DNA of 64,000 nucleotides from Ginglymostoma cirratum. Lineage: Eukaryota. Every line of letters begins with the position of its first letter. Position 1 is the stretch's first letter. A program made the position numbers and the translations under genes. The notes under the pieces were generated by a model, which worked only from the letters and a program-made list of their open reading frames with translations, ran no database searches and had not been told where the DNA came from. The stretch lies in contig JAHRHZ010000058.1 in assembly GCA_024137785.1 (NCBI GenBank), forward strand, positions 18,466,215 through 18,530,214, written 5' to 3'. Shown piece by piece: positions 38,240-51,091 of the stretch.

Positions 38240-39546
38240 AGTGTTTAGGATCAGTCAGCATGGCTTTGTGCAGGGCAGGTCATGTCTTACAAACTTGATT
38301 GAATTTTTTGAGGAGGTGATGAAGCTGATCAATAAGGGTAGAGCAGTGGATGTTGTCTACATAGATTTTAGTAAGGCTTTTGACAAGATCTTTCATCGTA
38401 GGCTGATCCAGAAGATTAAGATGTACAGGATCCACGATGGCTTGACGGCGTGGATTCAGAATTGGCTTGCCTACAGAAGGCAGAGGGTAGGGTGGAAGGG
38501 TGTTTTTCTGGATAGAGGTCCGTGAATAGTGGTGTTCTGCAGGGAACTGTACCGGGACTTCTGCTGTTTGTGATATATATATGAATGCTTTAGATGAAAA
38601 TGTAGATGGGTGGATTAGTAAGTTTGCAGTTGATACAAAGATCGCTGGAGTTGTGGATAATGTAGAAGAATGTTAAAGGATACAGCAAGACATAGATCAT
38701 TGCAGATAGGGGAGGAGAAGTGGCAGACAGAGTTTAATCCTGGCAACTTTGAGGTGCTGCACTTTGAGAGATCAAATGTTAAGGAAACGTATTTAAGAAA
38801 AATAGTTAATGGAAGGGCCCTGAGTAGGATTGATGCACAGAAGGATCTTTGGGTTCAAGTCCATAGCTCCCTGAAAGTGGCCACACAAATAGATAGGGTG
38901 GCAAAGGAGGTGTATGACATGCTTGCCTTTATTGATCAGAGCAATGAGTACAAGAGTCAGGGTGACATGTTGCAGGTTTACAAGACATTGGTTAGACCAT
39001 ACTTAGAGTATTGCATTCAATTCTGGTTGCCACATTACAGAAAGAATGTGGAGGATTTGGAGAGGGTGCAGAAGAGGTTTACTAGGATGCTGCCTGGATT
39101 AGAGGGTATGAGCTCTAAGAGCAGGCAAGTAAAACTTGGGTTGCTTTCTTTGGAGCACTGGAGGCTGAGGGGACACTTGATGGCATTTATGATAAAATGA
39201 TGAGATACAAAGATAGGGTTGGCAGTCAGAATCTTTTTCCCAGATTTGAAATGTTTAATACTAGGGAGCATGCATTTAAGGTGAGGAGGAGGGAAGTTCA
39301 ACTGTCAGGGGCGGTTTTTTTTTACACAGAAAGTAATTGGTGCCTAGAATGTGCTGCCAGGAGTAGTAGTAGAGGCAGATTCGATAGGGGCATTTAAGAG
39401 GCTTTTAGATAAGAACATGAATATGCAAGGATTGGAGGGATATGGACCAAGAGCAGGCAGAAGGGATTTGCTTAATTTGGCATCATGTTTGATACAACGT
39501 TGTGGGCTGAAGAGCCTGTGCCTATGCTGTACTGCTCTATGTTCTA
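38240..39546 (+). mobile_element. 5'-truncated CR1 LINE
   Basis: SQHGFVQGRSCLTNLIEFFE, DFSKAFD, YKTLVRPYLEYCIQFW; tail gctctatgttctat. Confidence 0.93.
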
Positions 39547-40169
39547 TACCAAACTGTCTATTCCTCAGCTGTGAGCTAGGTACTGAACATGCACAAACTG
39601 TCTGAATATGAAAAGGAGGTATTCCAATTCAGACCAACACCAACATGCTCACACATCCATGCGAAGGTCACCTTAAGAGGAAAATACAACTAATTTTTGC
39701 CTAGCTCTGTAGCCTGGGGATACTGAGCACATTTATAATGCATTCAGTGCCATATTAGCTGAGGACAGCTGACTCAAAATGATCTGGCAATATGCCAGCA
39801 ATCATTTTCATTCTTGGTGACATAGAATTATACATTACAGTGGACTTATTCAAGGGTTACAAGAGAACCCCATCAATTTTCTTTGAGGGTAATAAATCCA
39901 TTAATTTCACAAATTACCTGCTCTTCTCTCAATAAACTGCAGACCCCATGAGCAGTTTTTTTCTGATAATTTATGGAGCGCACCGCGAATATTTTAACTT
40001 GATATACCAAGTTACTCTGTAGATTTACATAATTGGTTCCTTTTAAAGGTGCTGGTGACAAGCATTCAAGTAGTCAATTTTTAAGAAACCCGTGTCTGGT
40101 GTGGTAATTTTGAATTCAATTAAGATATTTATACTCTGATTCAAGATGGAATGTGTAGATTTTAAAGGA

Positions 40170-40264
40170 CCCCAAGAAGGGTCTCGACCCGAAACGTCAA
40201 CTTTCCTGCTCCTCTGATGCTGCTTGGCCTGCTGTGTTCATCCAGCTCCACAACGTTTTATCTC
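40170..40264 (+). mobile_element. PLE end fragment (hammerhead stem II and GAAACGTC present; 5' core damaged)
   Basis: aagaagggtctcgacccgaaacgtcaactttcctgctcc; possible 7-bp TSD ttttaaa (40160-40166 / 40265-40271). Confidence 0.75.
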
Positions 40265-40282
40265 TTTTAAAATTTATCAGAA

Positions 40283-40388
40283 TGGTTCTGCTGAAGAGTC
40301 ACCAGACTCGAAATATTAACTCTGCTTTCTTCTCACAGATACCACCAGACCTATTGAGTTTTGCCAGCAAATTCTGTTTTCGTTTCTG
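40283..40388 (+). mobile_element. PLE end of a second family with a decayed hammerhead
   Basis: ggtt-CTGCTGA-A-GAGTC-acca-GACTC-GAAA-tatt-aact; related to the arms at 58.6 and 59.5 kb. Confidence 0.7.
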
Positions 40389-40479
40389 ACAGAACCTTTG
40401 TTGCCAATTCATTAACAATTGACACCAAATTATTACATATCAACGAATCAATTTTATTTTTTGCACTTGTTGTATTGAA

Positions 40480-40822
40480 GAAGGTGATGGACTAATGGTA
40501 TTATCGCTGGGCTGTTAATCCAGAGACCCAGATAATGTTCTGGGGACCCAAGTTTGAACCCTGCCATGGCAAATGGTGGAGTTTGAATTCAATTTTAAAA
40601 AATCTGGAATTAAGAGTCTGATGACGATCATGAATCCATTGTCGATTGTTGGAAAAAGCCATCCGGTCCACTAATGCTCTTTGCGGTCGGAAACGGCCAT
40701 CCTTACCTGGTCTGGACTACAGCAGCAATGCGGTTGACTCTTAACTGTCCTCTGGACAATTAGGGACGGGCTATAAATGCTACCTAGCCAGAGGCGTCCT
40801 CATCTGATGAATAATGATGATA
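40480..40822 (+). mobile_element. LF-SINE-like SINE, near full length
   Basis: tRNA-like head (tggactaatggta...gtttgaaccc), body catccggtccactaatg...ccttacctggtctgg...ggttgactcttaactg, and a tail shared with the LINE ending at 43270. Confidence 0.7.
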
Positions 40823-42239
40823 ATGCCTCCAAAATCTTTACCCAAGCTAGCTTTCACCTACCTCCTTACATGTCAATTTCTCCTTTGTGGAGATGAAAAC
40901 CTATTTGCAGATACATTTTGACTTGTATTTTTGACCTTGAGATAATCCATAGTAGTTTTGTGGAATGGAAAGTATTTTTGTATTTGGCATCAAACCTCAC
41001 AATTAAGTACTCCCACAACAGATGTAGAATAAGTTGGGAATGGAATTTCTACAGTGTCAAAGCTGGGCTTCAAGGAACTCCAAATTCAGAAAAGCCCTCA
41101 CTTCTGAATTGTTTCACATATATATCATTGCTTGTGAACTCCGAGTGATGTGGCACAATTAATTTCTGAAAAATATTCCCGACTCTAGCAGATTAGGAGA
41201 ATGTGCAATTGGCTCATGTCCTTTAACAACTGCAGTATTTCCATAATTTACATGGTTTACTGGACTAAAGTAATAAGCTTTGCGTAGTACATTAGTGAGA
41301 GAGAAGAGATAACTGTGGAGTTAATTGTTTAATCTCTCCATATGCCTATTGCAATATTATCTGAAGTTGTCGCAATCTCATGCCTTCTTAAACTTTGCTG
41401 TGGGGCACATAGCAAAATTGAAGATCAAGCAACAGTCCTGAGCTGAACATGCAAGTTACTGCCCAGATTTTGTATTTCTAAGCCGCACAGAAATGGAGTA
41501 TTTGCCTTCACATTAGAGAAACTGGAATCCCTAAATTCAAGAAATTTCAAAAAATCTATAGTGTCAGCTATTCCAGTGCGAAAATGATTGATACAGCTTT
41601 TAAAACAATCTTTGGTGCGAATATTCTATATCGTGGGAGATACTGGAATGAACAGGATGTTCTTCTGTGCAGGTGCACATCTGGAGGCAGAGAGGTCAGG
41701 ACTGCGATCTTGGCAATGAAGTAAGGACCATGACATGGCCAGCTGTGCCTGTTTAAAAAAATAAATCTTATCCAGTTGAGCTGTACTTTTGCATCTGAAT
41801 TGTCTGCAATATGAGTCGCAACAACATGCACTATACATCTTTTTAAAATAAAGAAAATCTTCAGCAATCCTTCCAGCTGGGTTTATTGTTTTGGAGAACA
41901 TCCAGTGGAATACACATTTAACTATTTTACATGCCTATTAAATCAATGATTTGGTCATTAATGGGAAATGGAAAGCTCTTCTACTTTTTGTATCAAACAT
42001 CAGTAAAAGCAGAAAAACAAATTGAAAAGATCACTCAGCCCATTTTACCTGTTTCAGCTTCTGCCAGTTCTTTTCCCCAGAGCCCAGGTAACAATCAAAT
42101 CCACTTTTGAAAGTTACTTTCAAATCAGTGTCCACCACCTCTTTTCACTGTGTATTTGAAATCACAACAGCTCTCTGCATAAAGGAATTCCCGACATCTC
42201 CACTCCATTTGGAGGGGTTGGCTGTCCAGCAGTTATCCT

Positions 42240-43270
42240 AATATTCAATGACGTTACCACTGTTATCAACATTCTTGGGGTTACCATTGACCAGAAGTTG
42301 AACTACACTAGTCATACATGTATGACGGTTACAAAAGCCAGTCCACAGCTAGGAATACTGCAGCTAGTAACTCAGCTCCTGACTCCCCAAAGCCTGTCCA
42401 CCATCTACAAGGCACAAGTCAGGAGTGTAATTGAAAACTCCCCACTTTCCTGGATGGGTGCAGCTCCTACAACACTCAAGAAACTTGACACCATCTAGAC
42501 AAAGCAGCTCCTTGCTTGGCACAACATCCTCAAGCATCCACTCGGTCCACCACTGACACTCAATAGAAGCAGTGTGTACTATCTCCAAAGTACACTGCAG
42601 AAGTACACCATGCTCCTTCGACAGCACATGAGATGTATAGACAGGGTGGATAGCAAGAAGCTTTTTCCCAGAGTGGGGGACTCAATTACTAGGGGTCACG
42701 ATTTCAAGGTGAGAGGGGAAAAGTTTAAGTGAGATATGCGTGGAAAGTTCTTTACGTAGAGGGTGGTGGGTGCCTGGAACGCGTTGTCAGCGGAGGTGGT
42801 AGAGGCGGGCACAATAGCGTCATTTAAGATGTATCTAGACAGATACATGAATGGGCAGGGAGCAGAGGGATACAGATCCTTGGAAAATAGGTGACAGGTT
42901 TAGATAGAGGATCTGGATCAGCGCAGGCTGTTCCTGTGCTGTAATTTTCTTTGTTCTTTGTTCTTTGTTCTTAGCACCTTCTAAACCCACAACTGTTTCT
43001 AGGACAAGGGCAGCAAATACATGGAGCACCCACCACCTGCAATTTCTCTTCTGAGCCACTCACCATCCTGACTTGGAGATATGCCTATTCCTTCGCTGTC
43101 ACTGGGTCAGAATCCTGGAATTCCGACCCAAACGGAGGACCCTCTGGGTGTACCTACAGCACATGGACTGCAATAGTTCAAGAGGGCAACTCGCTGCCAT
43201 CTTCACAAAGGCAACTAGGAGCTGGCAATAAAATGCTGCCCAGTCAGTGACAACCACATCTTATGAGGTT
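42240..43270 (+). mobile_element. CR1/L2-superfamily LINE 3' portion
   Basis: ILGVTIDQKLN...QSLSTIYKAQVRSVIE...KKLDTI; 3' end ggcaataaaatgctg...ccacatc. Confidence 0.85.
42628..42972 (+). mobile_element. Young, short CR1 3' end nested in an older LINE
   Basis: 5-bp TSD agcac (42623-42627 / 42973-42977), (TTTGTTC)n tail, retained CpGs. Confidence 0.85.
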
Positions 43271-43789
43271 TTTTTAAAGAAATGGCCTCTTGGTTCTGCA
43301 CAGCAGAAGCAAAGTGGAATTTTCCATTTGGCCTGTAGATCCTCCTCCTGAACTACAGCCACAACACTGCTAAGGGATGGAGTGGGGACGGTTTGGGGTC
43401 GGGTGGGGGGCGTGGGGGTAACTTTCCAGTGGCAGAACAAAGTGTGAAGTGACAGGGCATCTGGGAGGAAATATGCTCAATCATGTCACCCCTCCACAAA
43501 TAGCTTCCCAGCTTTTGAACTGACCTATTTTCAATTTACCATTTATGAAACTAATAATCGCATATCCTTTTCAAACTAATCTCTCAGTATATCTTGCCAC
43601 CTTCAAAGATCAGTGCATGTAAAGCCACAAAGATACATTTATTGTTGCATATTGTTTAGTCATTTGTGCGATTTAGTCTATGGAATCTAGCCATACATGT
43701 GAGCTCTTTTTGAGTCAGATTAAAGATGATCAGTCTTATACTTGCACTTTATTCCGGAATCCTGTTAGGAATTCTGCAAAACCGATTCC

Positions 43790-44190
43790 ATCAACACCAT
43801 CCAGGCCCAAGCTGTCTGCTTTGTTATCAGGACATCTATTAGCTTGAGCAGTCCCATCATTCACAAGAGGAGCACTATATCTGCAGTGTGTACTATCCGC
43901 AGGATGCACTGTATCTCCCAAACCTGTGGTCTCTACTACTTAGGGGACAAAAGTGGTTACATGGGAACAGGACCATCTTTATGTTCCCTCCAAATCACAC
44001 ACTATCTTGACTTGGGCATATCACTATTCCTTCTTTAATGCTCAGTCAAAATGATAGAGCTGCCCAGTTAACAACATTGTTGGGGTTCCTTCACCATATG
44101 GACTGCAGTGATTCAAGGAAGTGGCCTGGTGTCACCCTCTTAAGGATACGTAGGGGTGGTCAGTATATATGACCCTGGGAAGAAAAGCAT
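43790..44190 (+). mobile_element. Decayed LINE 3' fragment (family of 42240-43270)
   Basis: caacaccatccagg...gcagtgtgtactatccgcaggatgcactg...ggactgcagtgattcaag. Confidence 0.7.
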
Positions 44191-44529
44191 GAAAATGTCA
44201 GGGAATAAACGAAGAAGCAATGCTGAGTGGCAAGGAATTGGCAGGACCACGCCATACAAGGTCAGCTAGAACAAGTATGGGATCGTGGTGATTGTGGGAA
44301 TAGAATAAATAGGAAGGACAATTGTTGAGGTGGATCAGCAAAGGGAAAGTGCCCAGTGCCAACCCTACCTGGATCCACTAATTTCACCCCCACCTCACCA
44401 AAGATCCTAATCATGCTTTGTCCTTTCTAGATTTAATTTCTATAAAACGATTCATGCTAGCTTCAGTCCTCCGCTCTACAAAGTTCAGTTTACCTAAAAT
44501 TCTGCTCCTTGCATTCTGTCCCCCAATTA

Positions 44530-45985
44530 GTCATTGAGAGATACAGCATGGAACAGACACTTTGGCCCAACCAGTCCATGCTGACCAGTTTTCTAAACTG
44601 ATCTAGTTCCATTTGCCAGCATTTGGCCCACATCCCTCCAAACTCTTCGTATTAATACACCCATCCAAATGTCTTTTAAATATTGTAATTGTACCAGCCT
44701 CCACCACTTTCCCCGGCAGCTCAGTTCATACACATACCACCCTCCGTGTGAAAAAGTTGCCCCCCAAGTCCGTTTTAACTCTTTTCCTTAAACCTATGCC
44801 CTCTAGTTTTGGACTCCTTTACTTTGGCTATTCATCCTGTCCATGACCCTCATAGACTCCCTACAGTAAGGAAGAAGGCCATTCAGCTCATTGAGTCTAC
44901 ACTGGCCCTCCAAAGAGCATTCCATCCAATGCCAGTAACCCTACATTTCCCATGACTAATCAACCTAACCTGCACACCCTGGACACTATGGACAATTTAG
45001 CATGGCCAATCCACCCTACTTGCACATCTTTGAACTATGGGAGGAAACACTCAGAGACATAGGGAGAATGTGCAGACTCCACACACACTGGAATCAAACC
45101 CAGGTCCCTGGCACTGTGAGGTAGCAACGTTAACCACAGAGCCACCATACTTCTCATGATTTTACAAACCTCGAAAGGTCACCCCTCAGCCTTCAATACT
45201 CCAGGGAAAATAGCCCCAGCCTATTCAGCCTCTCCCTATCGCTCAAACCTTCCAATCCTGGCAACACCCTTGTAAACCTTTTCTGAACCCTTTCAAGTTT
45301 AACATCTTTCTTAAAGTAGGAATGAAACACAGTATTCTAAAAGTGGCCTAAGTAATGTCCTGTATAACTGCAACATGATGTCCCAAATCCTAAATTCAAT
45401 GTATTGACCAATGAAGGCAAGTGTTCCAAATGCCTTCTTCAGTAACCTGTTTAACTGTGACTCCACTTTCAAGGAACCTGTATTCTTAGGTCTCTTTATT
45501 CAGCAACATTCCCCAGGGCCCTACCATTAAGTGTATTAGTCCTGCCCTGATTTGCATTACCAAAATGCAACACCTCACATTTATCTAAATTAAACTCCCT
45601 CTGCCACTCCTTGGCCCATTTGCCCAACTGATCAAGGTCCATTGTACTCTGAGATAACTTCTTCACTGTCCACTATACCACCAATTTTGGTGCAATCTGC
45701 AAACTTACTAACCATATCTCCTATATTCATATCTAAATCATTTATATCAATGATGAAAATCAGTGGATCCAGCTTCAATGTTTGTGGCACACCATTGTCA
45801 CAGGGCTCCAGTCTGAAAAACAACCCTCTGTTTCCTAACTTTAAGCCAATTTTGTATCGAATTGGCTAGCTCCCCCTGGATTCCAAGTAATCTAGCATTG
45901 CTGACCAGTCTACCAAGCAGTATCTTATCTAATACTCTGCCTTTACAAATCTTCTTTGTCACCTCTTCAAAAAAATCAATCATCT
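44530..45985 (-). mobile_element. 5'-truncated CR1 LINE
   Basis: NGVPQT...PLIFIIDINDLD...VSKFADCTKIGG on the minus strand; 3' tail near 44530. Confidence 0.9.
44851..45150 (-). mobile_element. HE1 SINE nested in CR1
   Basis: V-SINE core and tRNA head; 5-bp TSD ctcat (44849-44853 / 45153-45157). Confidence 0.85.
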
Positions 45986-46652
45986 CCAGCTCCATGCTCT
46001 AGAGCTCCTTCTTTATTTGTCTCCATATGTAAAATCACCATAAATCCATCTCACTAATCAGGTTCATTTGTCGTTTTCTTCAACTCTCTCATTATAGGTG
46101 AGCATATGCATTTTTTTTTGCAGTCTGTTATGTATATGTATGGTAACAATTTTATAAACTACAAATGGTTATTTCTTGTTCAACAGTTTTTTAAGCTGCT
46201 GTTTACATGTAAAATGTTTATAATTGGCACAGACTTTCTTTCAAATTGCCAGTTGTGAGTTTATGTTCCTTTCTCACTGACAATAAGCACAGGATCTTGT
46301 TCTTGACAGTGAACAAAGGAAAGAAAATGTAAAACAGGTCTTTAACCTTATGGTTCTATTAAACCACTCTGGATAAGGGAAGCTTTGGTAATTGGCAGTC
46401 TCATGAAATAGGGCAATCGCACATTTTATGTTGAAGCTAAATGAATTAAATTCAATCATGAGAAATAGTCAAATATTATTATCTCCATGTTGTCTTCCAT
46501 CATAAAGTAATTCAATTTTCCAGGCACAGGCAAGACATAGCATAAGCATTTGAACAGGCACACTTTCACAAAAAATGCTCAGCTGTTGATCCTCTATATG
46601 TATTCTATGAATAGAAGAACTGCATTAAATTGTTGGATAGCGATAAATGTGC

Positions 46653-46885
46653 TGTGGTGATTGCAATGTTTGTAACAAGATCATCATGAAACATAAGTTC
46701 CCTGATTGGGGCTGTTAACCTAGTCCAATCAGGGAGCCCTGGCTGACAGATATAAACGTGAGTGTCAGAGGTTCTGCTCACTCTGAGAACTGGCTCTGAA
46801 GGAGCTGGATCAGTGTCAAGGGCTTGCTAAGTATAAACAAAGGGTGTCTTGTTGATGGGATAGCCATCTCTGTGGAAATAGTTCA
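46653..46885 (+). repeat. Gypsy 5' LTR
   Basis: Direct repeat of 50859-51091 containing a CCAAT pair and TATAAA; immediately precedes the PBS. Confidence 0.85.
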
Positions 46886-49800
46886 GTGGCGATGGTGGAA
46901 AAGCATGCTGCTGAAGAAATTCGCAACAGTCATCTTTGAGTTGGCGTAAGCATTTCTGACATCATGCAGTTATTGGGAAGCTTGACTTGTTTGATCCTGC
47001 CATTGAAGACTGGGCCCAGTATGTGGAAAGAATATATTTTTTTCCAGGCAAATGATATTGGGGCAGATGAAAAGAAACAAGTAATTCTCCTGACAGCTTG
47101 TGGACTCGCAGCTCTATTGGTTATTAGAAGGTTAACTTTCGCTGAGGCACCAAATATGAAAGCCTTTCAAGAGATGGATTTAGTTAAGGAATATTATGAC
47201 TCCAAGCCTCCTCTAATTCTGAGACGCTATCAGTTTTACTTGCTAATTTGAGAACCAGGGGAATCCGTAATGGCATTTGGGACTAGGTTAAGATGACTGA
47301 CTGGCATGTGACTTTCGTTTAACCCTTAATGAGATGCTGAAAGACTGCTTGGTATATGGGATTAAGGCAGTAACTGTACAAAAGCACCTACTAGCTGAAG
47401 ACTTAAACAGGCACTGCAACTGGCTTTATCATTGGAAAATGCCGTAAGTGGAGCATATGAATTGCAGTATATTCCAGTGGAAGTAGACACCCTCGCCAGC
47501 CTGACTGAGCTTGGGTAACACCACTTGAGTGAAGCAACCTGCATAGCTTCACTCAGGACATATCCTGAACAGAGGGACTGTCGGTCAGCCCACAGTAAAA
47601 CCCCAAAAAAAAAGTCAAGCCTTGGCCAAACGATTAAAATTTTCTTCAGGATCTGGCCATTGTAGTTGCTGCTGGTATGCGGACTCTAGGCAACAAAAGA
47701 GTCCCTCTAGACATAAATTAAATAAGATTATTCATAGGCTGGTATCCAGGAGAGTGCACCCCTGGAAAGACCACCTACATCTGGTTTAGAACAGTTAAAT
47801 TGCTTAGCAACATCCAAATCAGAACCCACCAAAATAAACATTTGGTAAATGGTCACCTGGTTCTAATGGAGGCTGATACTGGTTCGGCTGTTTCAGTGAC
47901 GGCAGAACCCATCTTTAACAAAATTCGCTCTGGACTCCAACCCTTATGTTTCTGTAACACCTCGGCCAGGCTGGGAACCTATATGGGGAACCTTTACAGA
48001 TTAAGGGTACAACTTCGCTTCTAGTCTCTTATGAGAAGCAGCTGGTTTATTTACTGTTGATTGTATAAAAGGCTCAGGCCCAAGCTTCATGGGGCAAAAT
48101 TGGTTGAGAAATTTTTACCTAGATTGGCTCAACGATTTTCAGTTAGAAAATGGCTGCCTGAGTGCACTTCTAATTAAATACCAGGAAGTTTCTCAAGAAA
48201 GCCTCGGAACTATCAAAGGAGCCAAGGCCATCTTGCATGTTGACCAGGAAGCAACTCCATGATTCTGCAAGGCCTGCCCAGTGCCATTTGCCTTATGGGA
48301 AAAGAAGAGGCAGAACTCAGAAGGCTGGAAAGTGAAGGATTCATCAAACCAGTCCAGTTTGTGGAATGGGCAGCATCGGTTGTGCCAATTGTGGAAACCC
48401 AACAGGTTGGTTTGCCTTTGTGGGGATTTTAAACAAACGGTAAACCTCTTTTCACAGTTGGATAAATACCCAATCCCTTGCATAGAGGATTTATATGCAG
48501 AGCTGGCAGGCGACACTGTCCTTCAAAGCTGGAAATGATCCATACATACTTGCAATTGGGGTGAGACAAGGATTCCCAGACGTATGCCACAAGTAATACC
48601 CATAAGGGTTTGTGCTAACATACGAGATTGCCATTTGGGGTAGCATCAGCCCACAATTTTTCAGCAGATGATGAAGCACATTTTACAAGGTCTACCCCAG
48701 CTCGTCATTTATCAAGATGACGTGCTAATAACAGGGAAGACCAATAAGGAGCACTTAGAGAACTTGGACACAGTCCTTAGGCATTTCTCCCAGGTGGGCA
48801 TAGGCCTTGGATGGGAAAAATCTGTGTTCCAGGCACGCCAAGTGACGAACTTGGGCTACAGAGCTGACAAGGCCAGGTTACACCTGTTGGAAGATAAAGT
48901 GAGGGCGATCAAAGGTGCCCTGGTTCCCACATAACATGGCCTCCGTTCCGGCATCTTTGCGCCAGCTCTTAAAGGATCAGCCTCGGAAATGGTCATGTAG
49001 CCAAGCCATAGCCTTTAGGGAAGTGAAGAAACAGTTGTCATCCGCTAAGGTGTTGGCACACTATGATCTCAAGTGAGATCTGGTATTGACATGCAATGCC
49101 TCCAAGTATGGCATCAGGATAATATTAGCTAATAGGTGGCCCAATGGAGAAGAATGCCCAATTGCGTACACATCCACGACTTTGGCTAATGCAGAGCATA
49201 AATATACTCAGCTGGACAAGGAAGATTTGGCAGACATATTTGGAGTCAGGATTCCTTTATGGACATAAATTTGTAATAATAATGGATCACAAACCCCTGC
49301 TAGTTCTACTTAAAGAGAACAAGATGGTGCCACTAATAGTTTTAGGCTCTAATAATATGTGCATATAATTACAAGTTGGAGTACCATCTAGGAGGCCGGG
49401 AAGCAACTATAGATGCATTGAGCCACCTCCCTCTGACAGATAAACCACCAAACTTTCTGGACATACTTCCAGTCACAGCTGACAATATCAGACTTTGGAC
49501 ACAGAAAGATCTGGTCCTTGCCAAAGTGAAACAGCTGGTGGTGATGGGGGAAACCAAAGGGCCATCACAAACCGAACTGAAACCTGTCTGGACCTGGAGA
49601 GACCAGCTCACAGTAGAGGACGACATATTATTATGGGGAGCAAAAGTGATTGCCCTCAGCAAAAGTCACCACCAGATACTGGCTGACCTCCAAAAGGGTT
49701 ATCCAGGGGTTTCCGAAATTAAGATGTTGGCGAGAAGTCATGTCTGGTGGCCAGGGTTGGGTGCAGACTTAGCTGTAACGGTGGGGCAGAGCCCAGATTG

Positions 49801-50858
49801 CCAACAAGGACATAAATTATCGCCAGCAGCTCCCTCACATTCATGGGAATGGCTGGGTAAACCTCGGACTTGGTTACGTATTGACTATGCAGGTCCTTTC
49901 ATGGGCTCAATGTTCTTAGATGTTGTGAAATTGGGTGAACGTACACAGAGTTTCTTCCTCAAACATGGGGGTAATGATAGAAAAACTGCACAATCTGTTG
50001 CAAAACACTGATACTTGGACGTGTTGGTCGCAGACAACAGGCCATTGTTTACCAGCAGGGAATTTGAGTATTTCCTAAAGTCGAATGGTATTCATCATAT
50101 AAGGACAGCTCTGCACTATCCATCATCCAATCGTCTGGAAAAAAGAGCAGTCCAAACTCTGAAGGCAAGCTTGAAGAAATAGCCTACAGCTTCACTAGGC
50201 ACTGAACTGCCCCGGTTCCTATTTGCTTATTGAACCACCCTTCATGTAACTACAAGGGATAGCTCCAACATAGTTGCTATTGGGTGGAAGACTCCGTACC
50301 AGGTTAAATCTGATCTTCCTGGAACTGAAGGGAAGGGTGAAATGGCATCAGGAACGTCAATGCCAGACACATGACTGCTCTAAGGGAAAGAAACCATTTA
50401 CTTCAGGGGATGATGTTTGGTGTAGGAACCATGGGAATGACTCTGTATGGGTAAGAGACGTGGTCATCACTAGGTCAGGTGCAGTGATGTATGAAGTTTG
50501 GGTAGGTGCGACAGTCCTGAATAAGCATGTTGATTATATGAAAGTTACAAACAGTGCCGGAGCAACATGTGTCCAGCTCCTCGACAGACTTTCCGACTAT
50601 TTCGGAACCCATGGGTTCTCCCTCTTTGGCAAGTGTGGATAATACCTCGGAATCTGAGATGGACCTGATGAACGGCGCCACCTTGCACCTTTGCCACCTG
50701 AAGAGGAGAATGAATTTCTTCTGAGAGGCGAGCTATTGTGTGTTACATGTCACCCATATCAGGGGCAAAGTTGGAAGAAGTTGATCTGGTGGTGAAATGC
50801 CGCAGGAGGAGCTACAAAAAAATACTAGCTTTTGCCCTTGGACTCTGAGGGGGAGACA

Positions 50859-51091
50859 TGTAATGATTATGACAAAGTCAGCCAGGTGACCTCACAGAAT
50901 GAGTTCCCCGATTGGGGCTGTTGATCTGGTCCAATCGGGGATCCCTGGTTGACAGATATAAACAGGAGTGTCAGAGGTTGTGTTCACTCTGCGACCTGGC
51001 TCTGGGGAAGCTGGATCATTGTCAAGGACACTTCATGTGCAAATAAAGGGTGTCTTGGTAACAGGATACTGACTTCTGTAGAGTTATTTCA
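50859..51091 (+). repeat. Gypsy 3' LTR
   Basis: Follows the polypurine tract; TGT...TCA termini; contains AATAAA. Confidence 0.88.

Larger units (their letters stand above)
46653..51091 (+). mobile_element. Full-length decayed Ty3/Gypsy LTR retrotransposon
   Basis: Two 233-nt TG...CA LTRs; PBS gtggcg at 46886; PPT ~50847-50856. Domains in Gypsy order: gag (FFQANDIG), protease (EADTGSAVS), RT (LCGDFK, YQDD), RNase H (CNASKYGI), integrase (ARSHVWWPG, IDYAGPF). Many stops. Confidence 0.93.

Noticed and set aside
38670-39200. 176-aa ORF as a host gene
   Set aside because: CR1 RT C-terminal remnant.
49376-50011. Longest ORF (211 aa) as a domesticated integrase gene
   Set aside because: It lies within a uniformly decayed Gypsy pol, has a damaged zinc-binding motif (KGYPG) and frameshifts inside the DDE core.
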